The notes below the pieces were generated by a model, which was given only the letters and a program-made list of their open reading frames with translations, searched no databases and was not told the origin of the DNA. A program made the translations under genes and the position numbers. Below, piece by piece: positions 51,963 to 63,220 of a stretch of 64,000 nucleotides of DNA. Origin of the DNA: Mantamonas sphyraenae STR306 (taxonomy: Eukaryota > Protista > CRuMs); assembly GCA_026936335.1 (NCBI GenBank), contig JAPMXV010000061.1, positions 62,001 through 126,000 of the forward strand, read 5' to 3'. How positions within the stretch are numbered: the first letter of the stretch is position 1; every line of letters starts with the position of its first letter.

Positions 51963-54326
51963 ATGCTCAAGTCTTCGCTCGTGCTAGTGCACGTGCTGGC
52001 CCTTCTGCTCGTGTGCGGTTGGGCGCACGCGTCAACCCCATTGTCGAGCGTGTACGAGCCCGTGTATGCGACGACCTCATCGCAACCCGTGGATCCAGAG
52101 GACATTGAAAAGGGCAAGGCGTGGTACGCGGGTCACGAACATGCCGTGGTTGTCTTTTGCGCCGTCGTCGGCTCCATCTACTTCCTTTGCCTCCTCTACT
52201 TTGGCTACAAGTTCTACAAACAGCAGTGGAACGCCTCCATTTTCCGGCGCACCGACGAGCTGCTGCAAGGCGTCGAAGAGGCCAATCGCAAACGATGGCA
52301 CAGTTTCCCGGCCAATGTGCGCGGCCTCACATTGCCCGATACCGAGCTGCCCGACGACCAACAACTGGCCAAGCCCGACGACACTGTCCACATCTACGAC
52401 TTTCCCATCTACTGCAGCAAAGTCATTCGCAAATCCTTGTTCAAGCCCGCCTACTTCCCGGACGAGCTCGACATGTTGCCCGCCGGCATGCATGAGCTGC
52501 TCCATGTCGCACCCCACCTGCGGGATGTTGTCCTTCAACAGCTGCGCTGGACCAACAGGACCCTCAGCTTCCGTGTTCAGCTCTACCTGGCCATCCTCGT
52601 GGCTGTGTTCATGCCCTTTGCTGCAGTCGGCCTGAAGATCCAAAACAAGTTTTGGGCCTTCTTTGCACCCGTCATGAGTGCCTCTGCCGCCATTCCTCTC
52701 ACCATGTTTGTCGTGCGCAAGATCCAAAACATGGTGGTGGCTGCTCGCCTCAACAACCTTTACCTGCGACCCGACTTTATCGATCTGGCCATGCGCTGGG
52801 AGTTTCACTACCAGACGGGCTTCCCCTACCCAAACCCTGTTGCCCAGTACATTCATGTGCACTTTGGCGAACGTTCCGAGGGCCAGCGCTCTGCAAAGAC
52901 GCTGGCGCCGGCTCGTCTTCTCCCGTTGCAAATGTGCATGCCTCGCAACACCTCACGCATCCCCGTGCTGCCATCCAACAGCGTGCCTGTCATGCTGCCC
53001 GCCCACTGGTACATGCTGATCCTGCGTGGTATCCAGGCGCGATTCGAGGTGAACCCCATCGAGACGGAAAAGGCCGGTCCCGAAGTGTGCAAGCTGCTCG
53101 ATGCCTGCAACGCACACTTTCGTCACATCGACCTGCCCGTGCGCATCATGTTTGGCTACTTTGGCATTCGCAACCGTTCCAAGTTCGACAAGAAGCCCAT
53201 GTGCGCTTGCACCTGCTTCTTGAGCTGCAAGAGCTGCCAGATGCGTCCGCTTCGCTTTTCGTGCAAGGGCCTGCTTCTACTGCCCAGTGTGCCAGCTGAC
53301 GCAGACGTGGGCGTGGATGATGCGACGGGCGAGGGCTCGCAGAGCCTGCTGACGGACGAGCGTGCCAGCAGCAGCAGCAGCATGGAAGGCCAGGAGCACG
53401 ACGTGCCACTTCCGTATGACACATGCTCCCTTGACGCCATGAATGAGCAATTCCCGGGCATGCTGGCGCATATCGAAAGAACGCGTGACTACTATGCGGG
53501 CAAGGCGCTGCAAAAGGCAGAGAAGAAGTGGAAGCCCGGGAAGCAGGCAAGGCAGGACAACACCGAGAGTCTGCTGCACGGAAAAGCTTCGAGCTCGGTG
53601 GAGCTGAGCCCCTTGGAAGAGGAAGAAAGGCGCGTCAAGTCTGTGTCTGCATGCATGCGGATGTGGGCTGCGGCGATGAAGATGCTGCCTGCAAAGGACT
53701 GGTTTGTCCCCTTCCAGGTGCTTCCTGCCGAGTCGACACGTGCGGACATGCAGATTGGCAGCGTGTCGTCCAACCCCATTTCGCAGATCAAGGTGTTTGT
53801 GACCATTGTGGTGGCGCTCACAAAGGGCAAACAGCGGCCCAATGGACGGCTGCTGGCTTCGTTGCAGGGTGCCATGCGCTGGTTCTTTATTGTTAACATG
53901 CTTCTGTGCATCAGCTTGGTGCTGACTGGCTTTGCGGCCTCCTGGTTTGTCTCGTTGTGGTTCATGCCGGCGGTGCTGATGCACGGGTTTGCCGGAATGC
54001 TGGTCATGGGTGCGCCGCTGCAGGTCGATTCGTACTCGCGCAACGTCAACGCAGGTCAACTGGTCATCGACTGGGCCCTTGTGCTTCAAGTGATGATCCT
54101 GTGGTATTCGCTGTTGACCATGCTGCCCAACGTGTTTGCGTTTGTACCGGCCGGCTTTGCCGTGATCAACTTTTGCCTGTTGTGGAAGTACAGCCTGGCC
54201 AGCAACCAGCTGCGTTTGAACCTGCTGTATCCGGACCCACGCATCCTCAGCAACGACCCCGTCGAGTTTTTCCAGGCAGTGCCGCTGCTCAGTGTCGACG
54301 ACATGGAACAGGATTGGATTGCGTAG
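51963..54326 (+). CDS. Hypothetical multi-pass membrane protein with signal peptide
   Basis: Intronless ~790-aa ORF; MLKSSLVLVHVLALLLVCGWAHA signal; roughly 8 hydrophobic segments; Cys cluster CACTCFLSCKSC. Confidence 0.7.
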   Translation: MLKSSLVLVHVLALLLVCGWAHASTPLSSVYEPVYATTSSQPVDPEDIEKGKAWYAGHEHAVVVFCAVVGSIYFLCLLYFGYKFYKQQWNASIFRRTDELLQGVEEANRKRWHSFPANVRGLTLPDTELPDDQQLAKPDDTVHIYDFPIYCSKVIRKSLFKPAYFPDELDMLPAGMHELLHVAPHLRDVVLQQLRWTNRTLSFRVQLYLAILVAVFMPFAAVGLKIQNKFWAFFAPVMSASAAIPLTMFVVRKIQNMVVAARLNNLYLRPDFIDLAMRWEFHYQTGFPYPNPVAQYIHVHFGERSEGQRSAKTLAPARLLPLQMCMPRNTSRIPVLPSNSVPVMLPAHWYMLILRGIQARFEVNPIETEKAGPEVCKLLDACNAHFRHIDLPVRIMFGYFGIRNRSKFDKKPMCACTCFLSCKSCQMRPLRFSCKGLLLLPSVPADADVGVDDATGEGSQSLLTDERASSSSSMEGQEHDVPLPYDTCSLDAMNEQFPGMLAHIERTRDYYAGKALQKAEKKWKPGKQARQDNTESLLHGKASSSVELSPLEEEERRVKSVSACMRMWAAAMKMLPAKDWFVPFQVLPAESTRADMQIGSVSSNPISQIKVFVTIVVALTKGKQRPNGRLLASLQGAMRWFFIVNMLLCISLVLTGFAASWFVSLWFMPAVLMHGFAGMLVMGAPLQVDSYSRNVNAGQLVIDWALVLQVMILWYSLLTMLPNVFAFVPAGFAVINFCLLWKYSLASNQLRLNLLYPDPRILSNDPVEFFQAVPLLSVDDMEQDWIA

Positions 54327-54395
54327 TGGAGAGGAGGGTGGCTGTGCAGGTTGTTGGGAGGTTGGGAGAGGATGGCAGGAAGGAATGGAGTGTCA

Positions 54396-55043
54396 TCACT
54401 TTGGCGATGCGGACGAGGAGAAGGGTGGCGTCCTGCTGTTGTGTGCTACACTGCCCACAGCGGTGACGGAAGAGGATGATGAGGATGACGATGAGGACGA
54501 GTGGTCGCCAGAGGGATCATTGAACACAGTTTGCAGGTTGCGTGCAGTGTTGCTGGTTTTGGAAAGCTCGCGGAGGGCGGGAAAGTCGCGGAATGGAGAT
54601 TTGATGGGTGACAAGGGTCCATCACGGTGTGCTGTGGGCGCGTACAGCGTAGCATCCTGTTGGACGTCGCCCTGGTGCGCTTCCTCGAGAGGTTGGGGAG
54701 TGGGGAACAGGTGGCTGTGAGGCCCAAGCTTTGTGAGAAGAGGCGATGTCAAGGCGACGCTGCTGCCGCCGCTGCTGTTGGAGGGAGGCGAGGAGGAAGC
54801 CGAACTATGGTGATACAGGGTGCCTCCAGACGGTAGAGAGGGCACAAGGACGGTGGGTCGCACGGTGGAGTTCTGTGGCTGCTCGTCGTCTGCACCTTCT
54901 GCAAGTTGGTCTTCGAGCAGGGCAAGGTCAAACAGAGCCTGGGTGTCTGCATCTTGCAGGATCTCCTCAATGGTGTCCTGCTCCTGCTCGGCTTGTTCCA
55001 GCAGGGCATCCATCTGGGAGGAAAAGGAGTCTTTGTCGTCCAT
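54396..55043 (-). CDS. Hypothetical disordered protein with acidic N-terminal helix and SP-rich C-half
   Basis: Open ORF filling the gap between neighbouring genes; MDDKDSFSSQMDALLEQ...LSPIKSPFR...SPK. Confidence 0.55.
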   Translation of the reverse strand: MDDKDSFSSQMDALLEQAEQEQDTIEEILQDADTQALFDLALLEDQLAEGADDEQPQNSTVRPTVLVPSLPSGGTLYHHSSASSSPPSNSSGGSSVALTSPLLTKLGPHSHLFPTPQPLEEAHQGDVQQDATLYAPTAHRDGPLSPIKSPFRDFPALRELSKTSNTARNLQTVFNDPSGDHSSSSSSSSSSSVTAVGSVAHNSRTPPFSSSASPK

Positions 55044-55102
55044 GGGGCTGATTTGGGTCCACGCGCGCAGTGGGAAGCAGTCCACTCAATCCAATTGTCG
55101 TC

Positions 55103-55513
55103 ATGGGCATCCTGAACGACATTGTATTCTTTGGTGGCATGGCCGGTGGCGCATACGGAGGCTACCGCATTGTGCATCGCTTTCCGGTGGGTAGAAAGAG
55201 CGTGTGTGGGGCGGTGGGACACGGGAGAAGAGGGTGGTCTCCCTCTGCGGAAGTGACGTGGCGCTGACACACACATACACACCCTTGTGCGGTCGCAACC
55301 ACCCTATGGATGCACCACATATTGTGTTTGACACATACACACACACACATGCCTCGTTCCTCGGCGGTGGAGCAGCAATACGGACGCACAAACGCCGGGA
55401 AGCTGCGCGTGATGGGGATTGGAGCAGTGGTCGGCCTCGCTGCAAGCGTGTTCACAGCCCGACACATCGACAAAATGATAATGGAGGGTCGCATGGTGGA
55501 ACCGGATGATTGA
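55103..55513 (+). CDS. Small (~70 aa) two-TM glycine-rich membrane protein
   Basis: MGILNDIVFFGGMAGGAYGGYRIVHRFP, intron 55187-55375, QYGRTNAGKLRVMGIGAVVGLAASVFTARHID... Confidence 0.55.
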
Positions 55514-55574
55514 TGAGGGGGCAATGTACACCAAAAATTTTGCACATGCGCACGGGGCGCACTTGAACAGAACG

Positions 55575-56509
55575 ATGAGCTCCGGAACTATCTTGACGCG
55601 ACGTGTGCGCTTGGGGGCCATGTTGACCGTGGGGGTGGGTCTGGGAGGGGTGGCCTTTTACCAGACCAGAAGCGCCTGGAGCAGCGAGAGTAGGTGGAGG
55701 GGCGTGTGTGAGGCTGTGGTGGGCTGTTGGAGAGTGAAGAAGTGAGTGGAGAACACGGACCTGACACCAAGGGGACTGTTGGCGGCGTGTGGGGTGTTTG
55801 GTGAAACCACAGCGTACGAATACGTGGCTCTGGCGAAGAAGCAGGACGAATTCCAGGATACGCTGATTGTGTCGATTCTGGGTAGGTGTGTGGCCCGAGC
55901 GGGCAGGTAGAAAAGAGGGCCGCAAAGTGCGTGTGTGTGTGTGGGGTTCGACGCTCACACACGGGGTGCACAGGCGGACCGGGAAGCGGAAAGGGCACGC
56001 AGAGTGCACAGCTTGTGAAGAACCACGGATTTGTGCACTTGAGCGCGGGTGACCTGCTGCGTGCGGAGCGCAAGAGCGGCAGCAAGGACGGCGAACTGAT
56101 CCAGAGGTACATCGACGAAGGAAAGATTGTGCCCGCACAGATCACCATCGACCTTTTGATCAAGGCCATGCGGGAGAGCGGTAACAAGCGTGTGCTGATT
56201 GACGGATTTCCGCGCAGCATGGACAACGCAACCATGTTTGAGGAGCAGGTGGGTCTGTTTGACGTGATCCTCTTTTTCGAGTGCTCGGAAGAGGTGATGG
56301 AGAAGCGTCTGCTGAAGCGCAGCGAGAGTTCCGGCCGCTCCGACGACAACATCGAAACCATCAAGAAGCGGTTCCGCACGTTTATCAACACCAGCATGCC
56401 CGTGGTGGACATGTACGAGGACCGTGGTATTGTGCGACGCATCAACGCCGAACAGAGCGTGCAGAACGTCACCAAGGATGTGGAAAAGGCCATCCAGGAG
56501 TTTGTGTGA
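55575..56509 (+). CDS. CMPK1: UMP-CMP kinase (adenylate kinase family) with N-terminal basic + hydrophobic extension
   Basis: ILGGPGSGKGTQ, GFVHLSAGDLLRAER, LIDGFPRSMDN, RLLKRSESSGRSDDNIETIKKRF; introns ~55690-55812 and ~55882-55973. Confidence 0.9.
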
Positions 56510-56641
56510 GGGTGTGATCATATGAGATCATGCACACACAGGCACACATGCAACGCAAACAGGCAGTGCAGAGTGTGTGCCGCAACGGGAGCAGAACCAA
56601 AAGAAACAAACGAGACCGTAAAAAAGAACACCCCTCTTTCC

Positions 56642-57564
56642 ATGTCCTCCTTGCAGTTTGTGTTTGTGAAAACGATGTGGAACGACGCGCTGGTGCCGCT
56701 GGAGTGGAGTGGCGGCGAAACGGTGACGGACATGTTGGACAAGCTGGTGGTGCAGGTGCTGAACGACGACGGAGTGGACCTCACAGGCACCAAGCTGGTG
56801 ATGTTTCCCCCAGGCAGCGAGGAGGGTCAGCCCTTGGATGAGAGCAGCGACTTTGCTTCGCACTTTGCGGAGGGCAGCCCCGTGAACCAGGAGGTGGCGG
56901 TGGATCTGGGCGATGCGGAAACGGGCGCGTCGTCAAAAGAGGACGGCGAGGGCGAGGGCCTGGGAGCACAGGATGGAAACAGCGACGATGAACCATTGTG
57001 CAGCTCCAATTGCCCCAATCTGGCACACTGGTGGCGGTGAATGTGAATGTGACCATCGACACGGCCGAGTCGATGCGCGAAGGGATGTACGAGGAGCTAG
57101 GCTTTGAGGATGCGCAGTGCAGCTACCTGTGCAGCACCGACGACCTGGAAGCATCCGTGGCCGAGGAGTTGATGGGTGTCATTGGTCAGGACCCTGGCGA
57201 GTACAAGCTGCGCACAGCCGACGACGCTCACCTGGTTCTCGTCGACTCGTTGACCCTGGCTGAGGCTGCCGCTGCCCTCAACATCTCCTCTTGGTCCGAT
57301 GTCGTATTGGAAGCATTTGAACGCACTGCCTTTGAGTTTGACGTCGTCCTGTCCCATCCCGAGGCCGGCGAACGAAGCATCACCCTCGACAGCGGGGCAT
57401 ACACAACCATTCGGCAGCTGGACGCAGATGCACATGCGCTTTACGGCGAAGGAGTTGGCTGGAAGGCCATGCGCTTTGAACGGGCGGGCATGCGGCTCAA
57501 CGCCGACGATGTGCTGTGGGACTACGGCATCGGTCCCGACGACGTCATTACGCTCGAACTGTAA
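56642..57564 (+). CDS. Tandem ubiquitin/SUMO-like (beta-grasp) domain protein
   Basis: C-terminal MRFERAGMRLNADDVLWDYGIGPDDVITLEL is Ubl-like; two weaker upstream modules (ETVTDML..KLV..G.PL; DTAESMR..YKL..DSLTLAE); 1-bp deletion near 56991. Confidence 0.55.
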
Positions 57565-57808
57565 TCTCTGAGGTCGTCTGGATCCGGTCCAAGAGAGACC
57601 ATGTGTGGAAGGAAGGGTTGGACGAGCAGAGGATGGGCGCGAGTCAATGGTTGGAATGTGGGACGAGTTTAAAGATGTGAATTGGAGGGATCATCTTCCA
57701 GTGTGTAGGAGTGTGTGTGTGTGTCTCTCTCTCTCTCTTGCGCGCGGTGCCCATTGTTGTGCTGCGGTGTAGATTATGCTGTGTGTATGTGTGTATGCGT
57801 GTGTGTGC

Positions 57809-58282
57809 TCACCACTCGAGGAGGAGGTTGGAGTCGCTCATGCTGACGCTGATGGTGAGGGTGAGCGAATAGTTTGCCTTTTTGGCGATGGAAAAGATCA
57901 TGGAGATCTTGATGCGGTAGGCGACGGTGAAGGAGATGACGCAGGAGACAGGCATTGGGGTGAAGAAGAGGACAGAGTTCCAGATCCAGCCGGCCGGGAC
58001 GGAAAGCAGTTCGACGGTGTGCTGGAAGATGGGCAGACCCGTGCCGGCGGCTGCAGTGGGCATCACATCTACAGCGACACCAGAAGCACTGCTGACACTG
58101 CTGGAGGCAGGCAACACAGCGCTGCCGCCGTCCGACGTTGCATTGTTGTTCAGCACGCCGTCCGCTGGCGGGGCCGAGGCCGAGGCGAGCAGTGGACCCT
58201 CCGAAGAGGGCGTGGCGACGGGCACGGGCTTGTCGTCCGCTGCCACGGCAGTAGAGCGGTCATCCGAGGCCGATGTAGACAT
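57809..58282 (-). CDS. Hypothetical protein (first exon; 3' exon unresolved)
   Basis: MSTSASDDRS low-complexity N-terminus then a hydrophobic segment; GTGAGC donor at ~57812 followed by a CA-rich intron-like stretch. Confidence 0.45.
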   Translation of the reverse strand: MSTSASDDRSTAVAADDKPVPVATPSSEGPLLASASAPPADGVLNNNATSDGGSAVLPASSSVSSASGVAVDVMPTAAAGTGLPIFQHTVELLSVPAGWIWNSVLFFTPMPVSCVISFTVAYRIKISMIFSIAKKANYSLTLTISVSMSDSNLLLEW

Positions 58283-58397
58283 TGGATGGAAAGAAGCAAG
58301 TGGGGGACGAGTGCGCGGGTGGCGGAGGAGGAAGGGGGGGTTGGGACGGGAGAAGCTCGAAAGTCGGGAAAGCCTTGGCGAAGGCAACGCATCGTGA

Positions 58398-61300
58398 ATG
58401 GCCTGCTACGCCTTTGGCCATCTGTGGCACGAACAATTGGGCAATGTGGCAGCGCCACACGCACGCGAACTGACCGTACCATGTGTGGCAGAGGGGCAAT
58501 ATGTGGTGCATGTGGACAGCGGCGAGCGGCACGTGATGGCCTTGAGCAGTGAGTTGCCGTTTTGTGCCACATCTCCTCTACGGTGTGACCACGGCGAATC
58601 GGGGTGCTGACACACAGAGCAACCATGACACCATGCACATGTGGTCACAGACGAAGGGGACGTGTACATGTGGTATGGCGGCGCACGGGCAGCCGACGAG
58701 CTGGCCGAGTTTTTGGACAACGGTCAGAAGGGCCCCGCCTGGACTCGCGACTCTAGCATCGATCCTCTGGCCATGGAGACACAAGGGGTGCCCCACAGCG
58801 GCCTCCACGACAACGGACGGCCCCACTCGCCGCCTATGCACCGTGACATGGGCGTGTCGAGCCGGGAGGAGAGCCACGAGGCAGCGAGCAGCGGGGACGA
58901 ATCCAATCCCGCCGGCGTGCGCTTCATGGACTTTAACCCCGACGAGAGCAAAGGTGGCGCAGAGGGAGAGGAGGGAGAGGAGGAAGAGGAAGAGGAAGAC
59001 GGGAGGAGGAGGAGGAGGAGGAAGAGGAGATGGAGGCGCTGGGACAGGCGCAGGCGGCGTTTTTGGATGCGGAGCTTGCGCTGCTGGGCTGGTTTGAAAA
59101 AGTGGAAGCGCTGGAAGGGGTGCATGTGGAGATGGTGGATTGTGGTGGGGGCCACCAGGGAGCCATTACTGTGGATGGGGACCTGTGGATGTGGGGGGAG
59201 AACAGCAGCGGGCAGTTGGGACTGGGACACTGCTTCAGCACGCAGCAGCCGCAGCTTGTGCAAGTGCTGGAGGGCAAACAGGTGTGTGCGCTGTCGTGTG
59301 GCAAGTCGCACACAGCAGCAGTGACACGGTCGGGTGACCTGTACACGTGGGGTCAGGGGGTGTTTGGCCAGTTGGGCCAGGGCCGTTTGCAGCGCACGTT
59401 TTGCAGGCGGCCGCGGTTTGTGGGCGCGTTGCTGGGGGTGCCGATTGTGGATGTGGCGTGTGGCACGGACCACACGCTGGCACTGAGTCTGGACGGCAGT
59501 GTGTACGCGTGTGGCAACAACCAGTTGGGCCAACTGGGCACGGGCGACTGCAAGCGACGGGACACCTTTGTGCGCCTGGAGTACTTTCACACCCACGGCA
59601 TACGCGTGCGTCAGATTGTGGCTTCCAACGCCTTTTCCGCCGTGGTGGACGAGCAGGGCACGCTGTACACGTTTGGTGACGGCTACTTTGGCCAGCATGG
59701 CGACGAGGAGAGCGAGCCCGCACACCTGCCCAGCACAGAGTGCATGTCACGCATTGTGGCATGGAATGCACACCTGGAAGAGTTTGACCACGAGCGGTCG
59801 GCACGTGTGGTGCAAGTCACCTCGGGTGGCAACTACCTCGCAGTGCTCACCGACGACAACTGCGTGTGGAGCTGGGGCTGTGGCGAACACGGACGCCTGG
59901 GCCATGGGTACCCTCGTGCCACCACCACCGAGAGTGACGATGACAATGATGACAGTGATGAGGAGGGTAGCAGCGGTGAGGGTGTCCACACGCAAACGGC
60001 CACGGAACGCACGCCCCGGGTGGTGGAAACACTGCTGGAAACACAGGTGTTGGCCATCAGCGGTGGATTGCGCCATCTGGTGGTGCTCACGGGCGAGCCG
60101 ATTGTACGCAAGATGGACGCTGCGTTGGTGGCAGCCATGCAGGAGGAGGATGAGGACGTGCTGGGGGACTTGGTGACGAGCATGGAGCACGAGGAGGCGT
60201 TGCGGACGGCGTACAACGAGGCCATCCGAGAGTGCTACGCACACTTTGAGGCGATGGAGAGCAGTGCACGACAGAGCATCGAGGAGGAGATGTGGCGTAA
60301 CGTGGATCTGGACATGGCGTCGATTCACGCCGCGTGCGACCACAAAGTGGCGGCTGAGAAGCGGGCACACATGATTGCGGTGGCAGATCCGGAATTGTCC
60401 GAGGCGCAGGAGGACCGCATGGTGGAGGAGCACGAAGCACGGCTGCAGGCGGTGGAGGAGGAGCGTGCGCGTGCGCAGCAGCGTGTGGAGAAGCGCATGG
60501 AGAGGCAACTGACGGTGCAGCTGCTCAACGCAAAGAAGGAAATCAAGAGTCTGCGCAGCAAGGCCCTGAGGGAGGTGGAATATCACTTTGAGCAGCAGCT
60601 GCACGACCACGGCTACGACAACCACGACGACCACGACCGCCACTCGGTGCATCCCATGACGCCCGAGCCGCACGAGGACGGGCCTTCGGTGAACTTTTGG
60701 CCGGTGGCCGAGGAGGACGAAGAGGAAGAGGACGAAGAGGAGGAAGAGGGACGGCATCAGCAGCGGGGCAATGGCACGGATGGAGGAGGAATGAGCAGGG
60801 CGGAACAGTTGCGGATTGCCTCAAGCGCATGGGGGGCTCATTTGATGGAGGAACGCCTGCAGGGCAAGTCGTTGCGCAGGGAGGTGGAGAATGTGTTGGC
60901 ACGTCCGGATGACATGCACATCAAGGTGTGCCAGGCCATGTTGCTCCTGTTTGGCGGGGAGGTGGGCAGCCATGCAAACGCACGTGGGTGGCGCGAGTGG
61001 CAGGATGTGTTGCGGGAAGTGCACTCGGCAGCATTGCAGCAACAGCGACAGAGGCAACAGCGGCCACAGAACAATGGGGACGGAGACGGGGCAGGCAACA
61101 GTGACGACGAGGAGGAGGAGGGTGCGGTGGAGCAGGACACCGGAAGCGTGACGTCGTCGGCGGTGGGCAGCAGCCACGACGGCGACGCAGACAGAGAGGA
61201 GGACACACGCAACAGCAGCCGTGGCGGGGAGGATGGTGATGATGAGGAAGACGAGGGTGGAGAGGACGACAACGAGGACGCACAAGAGAGTGTGGACACA

Positions 61301-61741
61301 GACTTGCTCACGGCCATGCTGCAGTTTGACAAGTCGGCTGTGAGCTACGAGACGTATCTGCAGATGAAGGCGTACCTGAGTGACGAGACGCTGACGATGG
61401 AGGCGTTGTGCAGGCGCGCGCCCGTGTTGGCCATGATGTGGAGCTGGGTGGTGTTCCTGTTCCGACGCATCCGCCTGGACCTGGACATTGCCGGCATGAT
61501 GGCGTTGGACGTGACCATTGAGCAGCAAGAGGCAGAACGAGCCGCAAAGGAGGCGGAGATGGCAGCCGCACAGGCATTGGCCGCAGAGCAGGACGAGCAG
61601 CATCGTTCTCGAAGCAGCACGTCACGTGCAAGCAGCAGCAAACGCAGCGGCACGGCCTCGAGCAGCACAGGCGGACGAGCCACGCGCAGAGTCAAAGGAG
61701 AGTCCCGTGGAAGGAGCCGGCAGGGTGGAGCGAGGGAATGA
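58398..61741 (+). CDS. RCC1-repeat protein with coiled coil and C-terminal dynein-stalk microtubule-binding-domain-like module
   Basis: RCC1 blades (GDLWMWGENSSGQLGLG, SCGKSHT, LYTWGQGVFGQLG, ACGTDHT, WSWGCGEHGRLGHG); intron 58549-58650; indel in the GAG run at ~59002; C-terminal MTBD-like motifs. Confidence 0.85.
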
Positions 61742-61855
61742 CCATGAAGATGAACGATGGGAGACCACACACACTCCTCCACAAACAACCCCACAAGAAA
61801 AGGCGAACCCAACAGTGCAATCATCATTGTGTGTGTTCATCAAACAACCATCCAT

Positions 61856-63036
61856 TTACTGGTCGCCAGAGTACTTGGTGCGGCGCGCGGGGCCCTTGGT
61901 GGGCTTGGCCAGGAAGTCGGTAAACTCCTGGTACGGGGTCTTGCGCAGCTCGTTCTGCTCCCACAGCTCGGGGCTCAGGTAGGCGTACGTGTTGGCAATG
62001 GCGTAAAAGGTAGCCTTGATCAGGTTGCCCATGGTCTTGGTGCGACCGGAGGTCTGGGTGTACACGTCACCCACACCAGCCATGCTCAGCAGCTTCTTGG
62101 GCACAAGGGCGGCCACCAGACCGGTACCCTTGGGTGCAGGCACCAGACGCACAGTCACGGAACCGCACTTGCCGCTCACCTTGGTGGGCACAGTGTGCGG
62201 GGCACCGATGTTGTTGCCCCAGTAGCCCAGACGCACAGGGATCACAGACAGCTTGGCCAGAGTGATGGCACCACGGATGGCCGTAGCCACCTCCTTGGCG
62301 CACTTGACACCCAGACCCACATGGCCCGAGTAGTCACCCACAGCCACAAACGCCTTGAAGCGAGTGCGCTGACCGGCACGCGTCTGCTTCTGCACAGGCA
62401 TGATCTTCATGACCTGTTGGACACGGGAGTCGAGAGGAGGGTGGGTGGGTGGGGAGTGGGATGTGTGAGTGGGAGGCACACGGGTGGGTGGGGGAAAGGA
62501 CAGTCAAACAGACACCCGCAGCGCTCAGCTGCATTTTCCCACACACAGCGCACACACAAAAACGCACCTCGTCCTTCAGCGTGGGCAGGAAAAAGTCGAT
62601 GATGGGAGCTTCCTTGATCGGCAGAGAGAAGAGGTAGATCTCCTCAATGCTCTTGATCTTGCCACTGTGTGTGTGTGTGTGTGGCGGGTGGGGGGTGTGA
62701 GATTGTGGGTCGGTGGAAAAGCGCATGCGATGCAATCCCTCTCTCGCACACGGTCACACAGGACACAGGACAACCGCGACCCATGCCACACTCTCAAACG
62801 TACGCCTGCACCAGACGGCCCAGCTTGGTAGCGGGCACCCAGGCCTCCTTGTCGTCGCCACGACGGCCACGGCCGCGGCCACCGCCACGTCCACCGCCAC
62901 GGCCACCACCACGGCCTCCGCCACGGCCACCGCCACGGCCTCCACCACGGCCACCACGCTCACCGCGCTCGCCGCCACGGCCGCCGAAGCCACCGCCGAA
63001 TCCGGATCCAGAGTTGTTCGATGCACCCTCGCTCAT
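61856..63036 (-). CDS. RPS2: 40S ribosomal protein S2 (uS5)
   Basis: RGG-rich N-terminus, [58 protein letters not shown]; two introns (~62803-62665, ~62567-62414). Confidence 0.98.
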
Positions 63037-63220
63037 GTTGAAGAAAAGTCAGGTATTTGCGTGGGAGGAGCAGCGCAGCGCATGCTCCCTCTGTGTGGTC
63101 ATCATGGACACATGTGTTCCCCCCAGAATGGAACCACATCTTCCATCCACACGTCTGGGAACAATGGTGTTCATTGTTGGCTTCACATCTCACCCCGTGG
63201 ACACCAACTGCGAATCACCC

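Noticed and set aside
62865-62995. GGCCACCGCCAC tandem repeat
   Set aside because: Encodes the ordinary RGG-rich N-terminus of RPS2.
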